In this document: positions 18,829-27,525 of the stretch, piece after piece | How positions within the stretch are numbered: the stretch's first letter is position 1 | How the letters are laid out: each line of letters starts with the position of its first letter | Assembly (NCBI GenBank): GCA_050952065.1 | Contig: JBMNKF010000007.1 | Coordinates: forward strand, 145,127-209,126 | From: Bacillota bacterium | GTDB lineage: Bacteria; Bacillota; Sulfobacillia; Fermentithermobacillales; Fermentithermobacillaceae | Length of the DNA stretch: 64,000 nt | Reading direction: 5' to 3' | Translations under genes and position numbers: made by a program | The notes under the pieces: model-generated | The model's database searches: none | The model's input: only the letters and a program-made list of their open reading frames with translations | Told to the model about the DNA's origin: nothing

Positions 18829-19316
18829 GCCGAAAAGGCGAAGGATATTTGAATGAGCTGCTGGCTTCGGGGGCTTTCCAGCGAACGAATCCCACACGGA
18901 GAAACTCATACGATAGGTGCCGATAAATCCGGGGCTTTCCTGGGAGATTATTCTTAAAGGATAGGGCAGGAAACTCGTAGCGAGCTACGAATATCCTACA
19001 GTGACAGGACGGGTGGTTTCGTAAAATACGGTGTGAGGGGGCTTTGCATAGTGGAAGAGGCCGCCCAGAAACGTAGAGTACGTGTGTCTCTTGTGTGGGT
19101 CACAGGGTTTAGAGCGGGTAATGAACCAAGATGAGGACATGAGCGTGCGAGGCAATCTTTCTGTTGCGTGCCCCAGATGCGGGGGAGCAGCGTTGTGCGT
19201 AGAGAGAGGAATCGCCTCGCATGTTGTTATGCCTGCGGCCCTAGATAAGCGTTAGATATCCGTCAAACCTCAAGCGATTCGGTCGTCGCTGGGATTCGGC
19301 CTGGCGACGGCTTTTT
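18829..19316 (+). ncRNA. Candidate large structured non-coding RNA (family unassigned)
   Basis: No ORF. Closing helix 18843-18852/19252-19261, more than 10 internal helices rich in G-U pairs, long-range pairing 18891-18902/19087-19099, own terminator at 19282-19316. Confidence 0.7.
19282..19316 (+). terminator. Intrinsic terminator ending the candidate ncRNA
   Basis: 12-bp stem gtcgtcgctggg/cctggcgacggc followed by ttttt. Confidence 0.8.
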
Positions 19317-19542
19317 CGTTGCCGCACATCCCTTAGCTTCCAATCGTCCCACGTGGTCAATCGCTCTAGCCACGGAGGACCTTTTCAGAAGATTAGGAGC
19401 AGTGACGGGAAAACCCCAGGAGACGAGCCATCACGAGGAAGAACTCCCCGTTGGATGAAACCTCGTTGCGACCAAGCCCCAGGGTTAACCCGAAGAAACG
19501 GGTCTGGATTGTGCGATTTTCACAGAAATCTCGATTGGGGTA

Positions 19543-19569
19543 GAAGGAATCGGGACAAGCGTGTAGAAT
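19543..19569 (+). promoter_or_regulatory. SigH-type promoter of the dcw operon
   Basis: gaAGGAAT (19545) ... gtaGAAT (19566) matches the B. subtilis SigH pattern AGGAww...GAAT. Confidence 0.6.
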
Positions 19570-19580
19570 AGAGGTCTCAA

Positions 19581-19605
19581 GTGGGGTCAAGTGGGGAAAG
19601 GTGGG
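19581..19605 (+). promoter_or_regulatory. MraZ operator (GTGG direct repeats)
   Basis: GTGGG at 19581, 19591 and 19601 (10-nt period) directly upstream of mraZ. Confidence 0.85.
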
Positions 19606-19614
19606 TACAGAGTA

Positions 19615-20055
19615 GTGGTTAGCGTCGCCGCGTTTGTAGGCGAATACCTCCATACCATTGACAGTAAAGGGAGACTAGCTCTGCCTGCCAAGTTTAGGGA
19701 TCTTTTGGGCCCGCGCTTTTTCATCGTTCGAGGTTTGGACACTTGCCTGTTTGTTTACCCTAGCGAAGAGTGGGCAAAGGTTGTCCAGAACATCAAGGAG
19801 ATGCCTTTGAACCAGCGTGATTCACGGGCCTATGCCAGGTATTTTTTGTCGGGGGCAACAGAGGTTGAGCCTGACAAACAAGGGCGAATCGTTCTTCCCG
19901 GCCACTTGCGTGAATACGCAGGCCTCACTAAAGACGTGTACATCTTGGGCGTAGGTAGTAGGGCGGAAATCTGGAACAAGAGTGAGTGGGATGAACTGAA
20001 GGCTGAGATCGGCCAAAGCTTCTCGAAAATAGCGGAGAGCGTCGCAGGAGTATGA
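19615..20055 (+). CDS. mraZ: Division/cell wall cluster repressor MraZ
   Basis: FVGEY.HTIDSKGRL.LP, DKQGRI.LP, EIW; GTG 19615 is the likely start. Confidence 0.96.
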   Translation: MVSVAAFVGEYLHTIDSKGRLALPAKFRDLLGPRFFIVRGLDTCLFVYPSEEWAKVVQNIKEMPLNQRDSRAYARYFLSGATEVEPDKQGRIVLPGHLREYAGLTKDVYILGVGSRAEIWNKSEWDELKAEIGQSFSKIAESVAGV

Positions 20056-20969
20056 CCCGGATACTTCACGAACCTGTCATGGTGAATCAAGTCGTGTCAT
20101 ACCTCTTGGCGCACAGAAGAGAAGTCATCGTCGATTGTACAGCCGGCGACGGTGGTCATTCTGAGGCAGTCCTCCAAGAGACAAACAGTACTTTCGTGAT
20201 CGCCATAGATATCGATAGCGAAGCCGTGGCCGTTGCGAAAGAGCGTTTGCAGAGAAGATACCCTGGCAGAGTCCTTGTAATGAAAGGCGATTACAGGGAA
20301 CTCCAGAAAACCCTGGCTGTCTTAGGGGTGCCTCGGGTTGACGGGATTCTATTAGATCTGGGCGTGTCGTCAAGACAGGTGGACGTACCACAGAGGGGCT
20401 TCACATATTGGGGTCGGGCCCCTTTGGACATGCGAATGGACCGTGACTCTCAAGTAACCGCCAGAGACATACTCATGACCTATAGCGAAGGCGAGTTGAG
20501 GCGCATCATTCGGGAGTACGGTGAGGAGAGATTCGCTGCCCGGATCGCGAGAGGGATAGTCCAACGCAGGGATGCAGATCAACTTGAGACGGCCGAAGAT
20601 CTGGTGGAGGTCGTCAAGAAGGCCATTCCTGTCCAATACAGGCAGAATGACATTCATCCGGCAAGAAAGACCTTTCAGGCACTAAGGATAGCCACTAATG
20701 ACGAGATCTCGCGCTTGCGGGCCTCGATTGAGAGGTTCTTCAGCCACCTGAGACCGGGCGGAGCCCTGGTGGTGTTGTCGTATCACTCGCTTGAGGACAG
20801 GATCGTCAAGACAGTATTCAAGCAATTAGAAGAAAGTGGCGATGGTCGTAGGCTTACTAGGAAACCAGAGGTTCCCAGTGAAGCGGAAGTTCGGGCCAAT
20901 CCACGGGCCAGGAGCGCTAAGCTCCGGGCGCTGGAGAAGGTCCATCGGGTACGGAGGGGTCCAAAATGA
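20052..20969 (+). CDS. rsmH: 16S rRNA m4C1402 methyltransferase
   Basis: HEPVM, DCT.G.GGHS, DLGVSS.Q, PLDMRMD, FQALRI, HSLEDR, RARSAKLR. Confidence 0.97.
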   Translation: MTRILHEPVMVNQVVSYLLAHRREVIVDCTAGDGGHSEAVLQETNSTFVIAIDIDSEAVAVAKERLQRRYPGRVLVMKGDYRELQKTLAVLGVPRVDGILLDLGVSSRQVDVPQRGFTYWGRAPLDMRMDRDSQVTARDILMTYSEGELRRIIREYGEERFAARIARGIVQRRDADQLETAEDLVEVVKKAIPVQYRQNDIHPARKTFQALRIATNDEISRLRASIERFFSHLRPGGALVVLSYHSLEDRIVKTVFKQLEESGDGRRLTRKPEVPSEAEVRANPRARSAKLRALEKVHRVRRGPK

Positions 20970-21442
20970 TAAGAAGCGCCGAATTGTCCGGCTTAGATCA
21001 AAGCGCCGCAAGGCGGTACAGACCGGCAAGAGCTATCAATGTGCCCATTGAGCTGCTGGGTATAGCGTATTTCGTGCTACTGGTGACTGTCGGAGTGATC
21101 CTTGTTTGGCAACCTGCCAGGATGACACAAGTGAATGCTATAGCCAGCCAATTGCAGAAGGACCTCCAGGACCTAAGACTGCGAAATGAGGACCTCAAGA
21201 AGACTGTTGCCAAATTGGAATCCCTATCTTTCGTGGAGAAGGAGGCAAAGGAACGCCTTGGAATGGTAGTTCCCACCGAAGTCAGGACTTGCCCTGTCTC
21301 TCAGAACGTATCTTTGGCTGCATTTGACGCTGAACAGAACACTTCGGCAGATAAACGAGAGTCTACAGGCATAAGATCGTTGATAGCCCGCATAACCGGG
21401 ATCTTTGGCACCAAGGAAGTCACTGCCGGAACTGAGCGGTAG
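20966..21442 (+). CDS. ftsL: Cell division protein FtsL-like (septum formation initiator)
   Basis: TM helix, coiled coil and AKERLGM motif; lies between rsmH and the PBP. Confidence 0.75.
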   Translation: MIRSAELSGLDQSAARRYRPARAINVPIELLGIAYFVLLVTVGVILVWQPARMTQVNAIASQLQKDLQDLRLRNEDLKKTVAKLESLSFVEKEAKERLGMVVPTEVRTCPVSQNVSLAAFDAEQNTSADKRESTGIRSLIARITGIFGTKEVTAGTER

Positions 21443-21466
21443 TCTTGGGCGTTCGGGGAGATTAGC

Positions 21467-23545
21467 ATGGGTGGAGTTTTGGCTCGTAAGCGGGTCGCAC
21501 GGGTGTTGTTCTGTACGGCCCTTTTGTGCGTTATTCTGTTAGGCAGGCTGTCTTATGTCCAATTTGTCCTAGCAGATGAACTGGGCAGACAGGCGTTGGA
21601 TATGCGGATGCAAGACATCCCGATCCAGCCGAGACGCGGTGTGATCTATGACAGGAACGGACACGAATTGGCTTTCAGCATTGACGTGGAATCCGTCTAC
21701 GCGATCCCTGCCCAAATCAGGAATCCGGAAGAGACGGCCCGAACCTTAGCGGAACTATTGGACATCAAGGCCGAGAAGGTTCTGAACATCATCACTCGCA
21801 ATTCATCATTCGAATGGGTCAAACGGAAGATACCCGATGATGTGGCCATGCAATTGCGAGAGAAGAGGCTTGCTGGCATAGGGTTCACTCAGGAGACCAT
21901 GCGTGTCTGGCCCAAAGGTAGCCTTTTGAGCCAGGTACTGGGCATTGTGGGCATCGATAACGACGGGCTTGAGGGCCTTGAACTCGAGTACGATCAGGTG
22001 CTCAAGGGCGTTCCTGGAAAATTCACAGTGGAGGTTGATGCGCTGCGGGAAGCGCTCCCTCAGTCACAGAGGGGGTACGTTCCTCCGATCCAGGGTAAGA
22101 ACCTTGTCTTGACGATTGACGAGGTAATTCAGTTCATCGCCGAACGTGAACTTGACCGGGCGATTCAACAAAGCCAGGCCAAGGGAGGTTTGGTGATCGC
22201 CATGAACCCTCAAAACGGCGAGGTTCTGGCCATGGCGAGCAGGCCGACTTACGACCCCAATCAATACGATTTGTACCCGCAGGCCAACAGGCGCTGCATA
22301 TGCATTACGGACTCCTTCCCGCCTGGTTCAACCTTTAAACCCATCACTGCGGCGGCGGGACTTGAGTCTGGCAAGATAACTGCAGAGAGTAGATTTTTCT
22401 GCGGCGGCACTAGAAAAGTAGGACCTGATACCTTGAGCTGCATAGTTGACCATGGCAGCCAGTCTTTTTCTGATGTGATTGTGAACTCGTGCAACGTCGG
22501 CTTCATTGAGATAGGCCTGGCGACCGGAGCAGAAGATTTCTACAAGTATCTAGATCTTTTCGGGGTTACCTCTACAACGGGCATAGACCTTCCGGGTGAG
22601 GCCAGTGGGATCATTGTGCCTAAAGACAGCGTTAAACCCATCGACCTTGCCTGTATGTCGTTTGGCCAGACTCTGCAGCTTACCCCCGTTCAGCTCATCT
22701 CGGCCATTTCGGCTATAGCCAATGGCGGTTTCACTGTATTGCCTCACGTGGTCAAAGAGGTGACTGATGTAGACGGGAACGTAACTGAAGTCAAACCGTC
22801 TTCTAAAGTGCAGCGAGTGATCTCGGAAAAGACGTCAAACGAGCTCAGAGAAGCCCTGGAGAAAGTCATCTCGGAGGGAACGGGAAAGCAAGCTTTTGTA
22901 CCCGGCTACAGGTTAGCCGGCAAGACAGGTACTGCCAACAAGGTCATCGATGGGCGAATAGCCCAAGGAAAGTACCTGGCGTGGTTCATTGGTTTTGCGC
23001 CGGCAGACGATCCCAAACTGGCGCTTCTGGTCATGGTGGATGAGCCTACGGGCGCTTACTACGGTGGCGTTATCGCGGCGCCCGTGTTCTCGGGAGTCAT
23101 GAGGGATGTGCTGCGATATCTGGAAGTGCCCCCTCAGAATGAGCCTGCGGATGATCCGGAAGACACACAGATAGTGCCCGACCTGAGTGGCAAGGACGTC
23201 GTGGCAGCCCAGACCGAGCTTCGAGACTTGGGGCTCTCTGGCACCAAAGAGGGCCTTGGGACCAGGGTAGTTCGACAGTTTCCTGTTCCGGGGGTTAAAG
23301 TTAGACTTGGGACGTGCGTTATCCTATACACCGAAGACGACAGCGTTGTGCCGGAAGGCCATGTAAAGGTGCCCAGCCTCTTGGGGTTAGGCTTGACTCA
23401 GGCCAGAGAGCTTCTGTCTCTCGAGGGATTGTCCCTTAGCGCTCAGGGCAGCGGATTCTGCGTCTCTCAGGATCCGCCTGCGGGTTCCGCTGTGCTTCCT
23501 GGAACCATGATTAAGGCCGTGTTCCGTATGAATGTCGGGCAGTGA
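21467..23545 (+). CDS. Class B PBP with two PASTA domains (SpoVD/FtsI)
   Basis: RRG.IYDRNG, PGSTFK, SCN, KTGT, two PASTA repeats. Confidence 0.93.
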   Translation: MGGVLARKRVARVLFCTALLCVILLGRLSYVQFVLADELGRQALDMRMQDIPIQPRRGVIYDRNGHELAFSIDVESVYAIPAQIRNPEETARTLAELLDIKAEKVLNIITRNSSFEWVKRKIPDDVAMQLREKRLAGIGFTQETMRVWPKGSLLSQVLGIVGIDNDGLEGLELEYDQVLKGVPGKFTVEVDALREALPQSQRGYVPPIQGKNLVLTIDEVIQFIAERELDRAIQQSQAKGGLVIAMNPQNGEVLAMASRPTYDPNQYDLYPQANRRCICITDSFPPGSTFKPITAAAGLESGKITAESRFFCGGTRKVGPDTLSCIVDHGSQSFSDVIVNSCNVGFIEIGLATGAEDFYKYLDLFGVTSTTGIDLPGEASGIIVPKDSVKPIDLACMSFGQTLQLTPVQLISAISAIANGGFTVLPHVVKEVTDVDGNVTEVKPSSKVQRVISEKTSNELREALEKVISEGTGKQAFVPGYRLAGKTGTANKVIDGRIAQGKYLAWFIGFAPADDPKLALLVMVDEPTGAYYGGVIAAPVFSGVMRDVLRYLEVPPQNEPADDPEDTQIVPDLSGKDVVAAQTELRDLGLSGTKEGLGTRVVRQFPVPGVKVRLGTCVILYTEDDSVVPEGHVKVPSLLGLGLTQARELLSLEGLSLSAQGSGFCVSQDPPAGSAVLPGTMIKAVFRMNVGQ

Positions 23546-23564
23546 TGGGGCTGGAGGGCATGCT

Positions 23565-25097
23565 ATGAAAATATCTGAAATCGTAAGGGATGTTGTTGGG
23601 GCAAGGGTCCTCCTGGACGCCGAGATAAGGGGCATATCCTACGATTCGCGGACCGTCGGCCCGGGAGATGTGTTCTTTGCCGTGGTTGGTACCGAGCTGG
23701 ACGGTCATGCTTACATCGGGCAGGCCGTAGAGAAAGGCGCAGCGGGAATAGTAGTGCAGGATCTATCCAAGTTGCCTTGCGTGGTAAGGGACAATCTCCA
23801 TAACAAATCCGATAGCAGAGCCTGTCCAGTAGGCGTCGCTTTGGTGCCTGATTCGCGGGTGGCCCTATCGCGGGCTGCCAGGACCTTTTACCATGACCCC
23901 AGTAAAGACCTCCTGGTGGTTGGCATAACCGGCACCAAAGGCAAGACAACCACTTGCCATCTGGTCAAATCTGTACTGGATGCGGCAGGGGAGAAGACCG
24001 GCCTCATTGGCACCGTCCACAACATAGTTGGCTCCCAGATTCGTCCCGTCACGAGGACTACTCCCGAATCAGTTGAACTCCATGCCTTACAGAGAGACAT
24101 GGTGGACGTAGGGTGTACCGCTGTGGCCATGGAGGTCTCGTCTCACGCTCTTGCCTTGGGGCGAGTCGCAGATATCCGGTTCAATGTGGCCTTGATGACC
24201 AACATTGGCAGGGATCACCTGGATTTCCACGGTACGATGGACTCGTACGTTGACACAAAAGCTACTCTGTTTCGGATGTTGGAGGACGGAAAAGACCCAA
24301 AGGCTGCGGTTCTTAACGCTGATGAACCTTACCTAGGGCGATTCTTGCAAAAGATCCCCAAAGACAAAGTGGCGACAGTTCTCTATGGTTTCTCCGAGGG
24401 AGCGGACGTGAGAGCTCTTGATCCAGAGTATTCCGATAGAGGCACCGTATTCACACTGTGTGCAGGGACAAAGCGGCAAAGAATCAGAGTATCGCTTCCA
24501 GGCAGATTCAATGTCATGAACGCGCTTGCTGCAGCGGCAGTTGGGTACGGGCTAGGAACGGACTTTGAGGCTATCGTCGGTGGGCTTGAGGGAGCAAGAG
24601 GAGTGAAAGGCAGGCTTGAGGTTGTGCCCGGCATGCGGGGTTTTTCGGTTTGGGTAGACTATGCCCACACGCCAGAGAGCTTAAAGGACATTTTGGCGAC
24701 AGCCAGGGACATGGCTAAAGGTCGAGTCATCGTCGTATTTGGATGCGGCGGCGACCGGGACCGGGGCAAAAGGCCCATAATGGGCAGAGTGGCCGGGGAT
24801 ATTTGCGACCTGGTCATAATAACTGACGACAACCCCAGAACAGAAAACGAAGACCAAATCCTAGATGACATAGAGGTCGGACTAAGAGAGACTCCCGCTC
24901 CGTACCTCAGAATCAAGGATAGACGCGAAGCCATCAAAGAAGCGGTAACAGCGGCAAGAGTTGGCGACATCGTAGTTATCGCGGGGAAAGGCCACGAGAC
25001 TTACCAAATCTTCAAGGAAGAGACTGTCCACTTTGACGACGCGGAAGAAGCGTTGCGCGCTGCCACTTGTTTTTGTGCAGGGGAGGGTCCCTGTTGA
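23565..25097 (+). CDS. murE: UDP-MurNAc-tripeptide synthetase MurE (mDAP-type DNPR motif)
   Basis: GITGTKGKTT, MEVSSH, DHLDFH, VDYAHTP, GCGGDRD, DNPR. Confidence 0.96.
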   Translation: MKISEIVRDVVGARVLLDAEIRGISYDSRTVGPGDVFFAVVGTELDGHAYIGQAVEKGAAGIVVQDLSKLPCVVRDNLHNKSDSRACPVGVALVPDSRVALSRAARTFYHDPSKDLLVVGITGTKGKTTTCHLVKSVLDAAGEKTGLIGTVHNIVGSQIRPVTRTTPESVELHALQRDMVDVGCTAVAMEVSSHALALGRVADIRFNVALMTNIGRDHLDFHGTMDSYVDTKATLFRMLEDGKDPKAAVLNADEPYLGRFLQKIPKDKVATVLYGFSEGADVRALDPEYSDRGTVFTLCAGTKRQRIRVSLPGRFNVMNALAAAAVGYGLGTDFEAIVGGLEGARGVKGRLEVVPGMRGFSVWVDYAHTPESLKDILATARDMAKGRVIVVFGCGGDRDRGKRPIMGRVAGDICDLVIITDDNPRTENEDQILDDIEVGLRETPAPYLRIKDRREAIKEAVTAARVGDIVVIAGKGHETYQIFKEETVHFDDAEEALRAATCFCAGEGPC

Positions 25098-26530
25098 GAC
25101 CTTACTCGCTATCTGAGCTCGGGCATACGGTGGGTGGACGGGTTGCGCGAGATGCGCCCGGAGTGCGGTTCACTAGGGTTGAGATTGACTCCCGACAGGT
25201 ACAACCAGGAGATCTGTTCGTTGCTATTGTGGGGGAGCGTGTGGACGGGCACGATTTCGTGGCCGCTGCCAAAGAAAAAGGGGCGAGGGGGGCTGTCATC
25301 CAACATCCGGTCGATCTTGTGGGAGCGGCGTCACATCAGGAAAGCCAAGAGGGTGAATTCGGTCTTGTGGTTGTGGATTCCACCATCAAGGCCTTGGATA
25401 CGCTTGCCCGGTCATACTTGCGGGAATTGGACGTCAAGACAATCGGGATTACCGGAAGCGTGGGCAAGACCAGCACCAAGGATCTTGCGACGGCAGTGCT
25501 CCTCACTGGCTTTCAAACATACAGCAATCCGGGTAACCTCAATTCACACATCGGGTTACCTCTGGCGATTTTAGCTATGGATGGTAGCTACGAGTATGCT
25601 CTGTTTGAGATGGCGATGCGCAAAAGAGGCGAGATAGCCGATCTGTGCCGTACTGCCAATCCTGTGGCCGGGATACTTACAGATATATCGCTATCTCACA
25701 TTGGCATCTTGGGAAACCTTGATGAAATAGCCGGGGCCAAAGCCGAACTCCTAGAAAGCCTCCCCTCCGATGGTCTGGCGCTTTGTGCCGGGGACAATCC
25801 GTGGGTGAGACGGGTCAGCACCAAAGCCGCCTGTAGAACACTGTTTTACGGGTTTGGAGAGAATTGCCACTGCAGGGGCACTAATGTGAAGTCTTTGGGG
25901 CAAGACGGGTCGTCCTTTGACGTACTGTATGGTGGGTCACGCTTTACATTTGAACTGAGAATTCCAGGGGTTCATCAGGTGCAGAACGCTTTGGCTGCCG
26001 TAGCGTTGGGTCTAGAACTCAACCTGAGCCCAGATGACGTGCAGCAGGGCTTGCTGACTGCCCGACTGAGTCCCATGAGACTGGATGTGCTTCACCTGGA
26101 CGGTTTCACTGTCTTGAATGACGCTTACAACGCCAGTCCAAAGTCCATGAAGGCTGCGCTAGACCTTCTCTCGGACATGGGCAAAGGGCGAAAGGTGGCT
26201 GTCTTAGGGGAAATGTTGGAAATGGGCCGCTATGGACCCGAAGCTCATCGAGATGTTGGAAGATATGCCAGACACAAAGCGGACGTCTTGGTATCCGTAG
26301 GTGAACTGGGCAAAGAGATAGTAACAGGGTGGCAGGAGCAGTCCTCATCTGACGGAGTCTTGTGCAACCAGTGGGTCTGGTTTCCAGACAAGGAGGTAGC
26401 CAGAGACTTCATTGAGCGTGAAGTCAGAGAGGGAGACGTGTGGCTCGTGAAAGCATCTCGCAGCATAGGAATGGAAACTCTGGTGGACTTCATGAAGACC
26501 TTGACCGTGGCGAAGGAGGTTCTTCCTTAA
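25094..26530 (+). CDS. murF: UDP-MurNAc-pentapeptide synthetase MurF
   Basis: GITGSVGKTSTK, NDAYNASP, GEMLEMG, VKASR. Confidence 0.96.
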   Translation: MRPYSLSELGHTVGGRVARDAPGVRFTRVEIDSRQVQPGDLFVAIVGERVDGHDFVAAAKEKGARGAVIQHPVDLVGAASHQESQEGEFGLVVVDSTIKALDTLARSYLRELDVKTIGITGSVGKTSTKDLATAVLLTGFQTYSNPGNLNSHIGLPLAILAMDGSYEYALFEMAMRKRGEIADLCRTANPVAGILTDISLSHIGILGNLDEIAGAKAELLESLPSDGLALCAGDNPWVRRVSTKAACRTLFYGFGENCHCRGTNVKSLGQDGSSFDVLYGGSRFTFELRIPGVHQVQNALAAVALGLELNLSPDDVQQGLLTARLSPMRLDVLHLDGFTVLNDAYNASPKSMKAALDLLSDMGKGRKVAVLGEMLEMGRYGPEAHRDVGRYARHKADVLVSVGELGKEIVTGWQEQSSSDGVLCNQWVWFPDKEVARDFIEREVREGDVWLVKASRSIGMETLVDFMKTLTVAKEVLP

Positions 26531-26531
26531 G

Positions 26532-27509
26532 ATGGACTGGTATGAGCCTCTCGTGCCTTTAGGTGCCGGTTTCGGGTTCGCCGTCTGCCTTGGATACCTG
26601 TTAATTCCATGGCTCGGACGGCTGGGCTGGGGGCAGCACATTAGGGCCGAGGGGCCTGCGTCTCACCAGAAGAAAAGGGGTACCCCCACCATGGGTGGGA
26701 TTGTATTCATTTTGGGTACTTTGATGGCGTTGGGGGTCGCTCATGCAGTTTCCGATACTCGACTATCAATAGAGGAGAGCCTCGTGGTGGGCCTGATGCT
26801 AAGCTACGGTCTCATTGGATTTCTGGACGATTACCTTAAGGTGCGTCGTGCAAGGAATCTGGGCCTAAGAGCCAGGCAGAAGTTGGCCATGCAAATACTC
26901 ATGGCTTCTGCATTCGTGTGGTTCTTTGTTGAGGAATCATGGGTAGTCATCCCGTTCAGCGGTTATCGCCTGGAGTTGGGGGTCTTGTATCCTGTCTTAT
27001 CGGTGCTCCTTATCGTGGGGATGGGCAACGGGGTCAACTTGACCGATGGCCTTGACGGCTTGGCCTCTGGAGTCGTTGCCGTAGGACTCCTTGGATACTC
27101 TGTGGTGGCTCGCCAAAGCGCAGCAGTGTTCGGCGTCGATGTGACACTTGTTGCCTTGGGGGGAGCGGGATCCGTGTTGGGGTTTTTGGTGCATAACAGG
27201 CATCCCGCTCGGGTGTTCATGGGCGACGTTGGTTCTCTCGCCCTTGGAGGTCTCTTGTCCGGCCTGGCGATCGCAACAAAGGCCGAAACCCTCTTGATCT
27301 TCTTTGCAGCGATTCCCATCATAGAAGATCTGTCGGTTATGCTCCAAGTAGCGTCGTTTAAGATCACAGGCAAGCGTATACTCAAAATGAGCCCTCTGCA
27401 CCATCACTTTGAGCTATCAGGTTGGAGAGAAACTGCCATTGTGCGGGTCTTTTGGTTGGCAGCGTTCTTGTTCGCCGTAATGGGATTAGTGGCTATGGCG
27501 TGGGTCTAG
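26532..27509 (+). CDS. mraY: Phospho-MurNAc-pentapeptide translocase
   Basis: GTPTMGG, DDY.K, NLTDGLDGL, FMGDVGS, PLHHHFE. Confidence 0.97.
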   Translation: MDWYEPLVPLGAGFGFAVCLGYLLIPWLGRLGWGQHIRAEGPASHQKKRGTPTMGGIVFILGTLMALGVAHAVSDTRLSIEESLVVGLMLSYGLIGFLDDYLKVRRARNLGLRARQKLAMQILMASAFVWFFVEESWVVIPFSGYRLELGVLYPVLSVLLIVGMGNGVNLTDGLDGLASGVVAVGLLGYSVVARQSAAVFGVDVTLVALGGAGSVLGFLVHNRHPARVFMGDVGSLALGGLLSGLAIATKAETLLIFFAAIPIIEDLSVMLQVASFKITGKRILKMSPLHHHFELSGWRETAIVRVFWLAAFLFAVMGLVAMAWV

Positions 27510-27525
27510 TCTGGGGGAGAGCTAC

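Noticed and set aside
18829-19280. RNase P RNA, tmRNA, OLE or group II intron identity for the large RNA
   Set aside because: ATAGGGCAGG and CCTAGATA resemble RNase P fragments, but GAGGAAAGTCC and ACAGAACCCGGCTTA are absent. There are no tmRNA tRNA-like ends, no OLE-type core that I recognise, and no canonical domain V.
19353-19653. Short ORFs 19353-19571 (+) and 19393-19653 (-)
   Set aside because: No RBS or motif; they overlap the dcw promoter and the MraZ operator.
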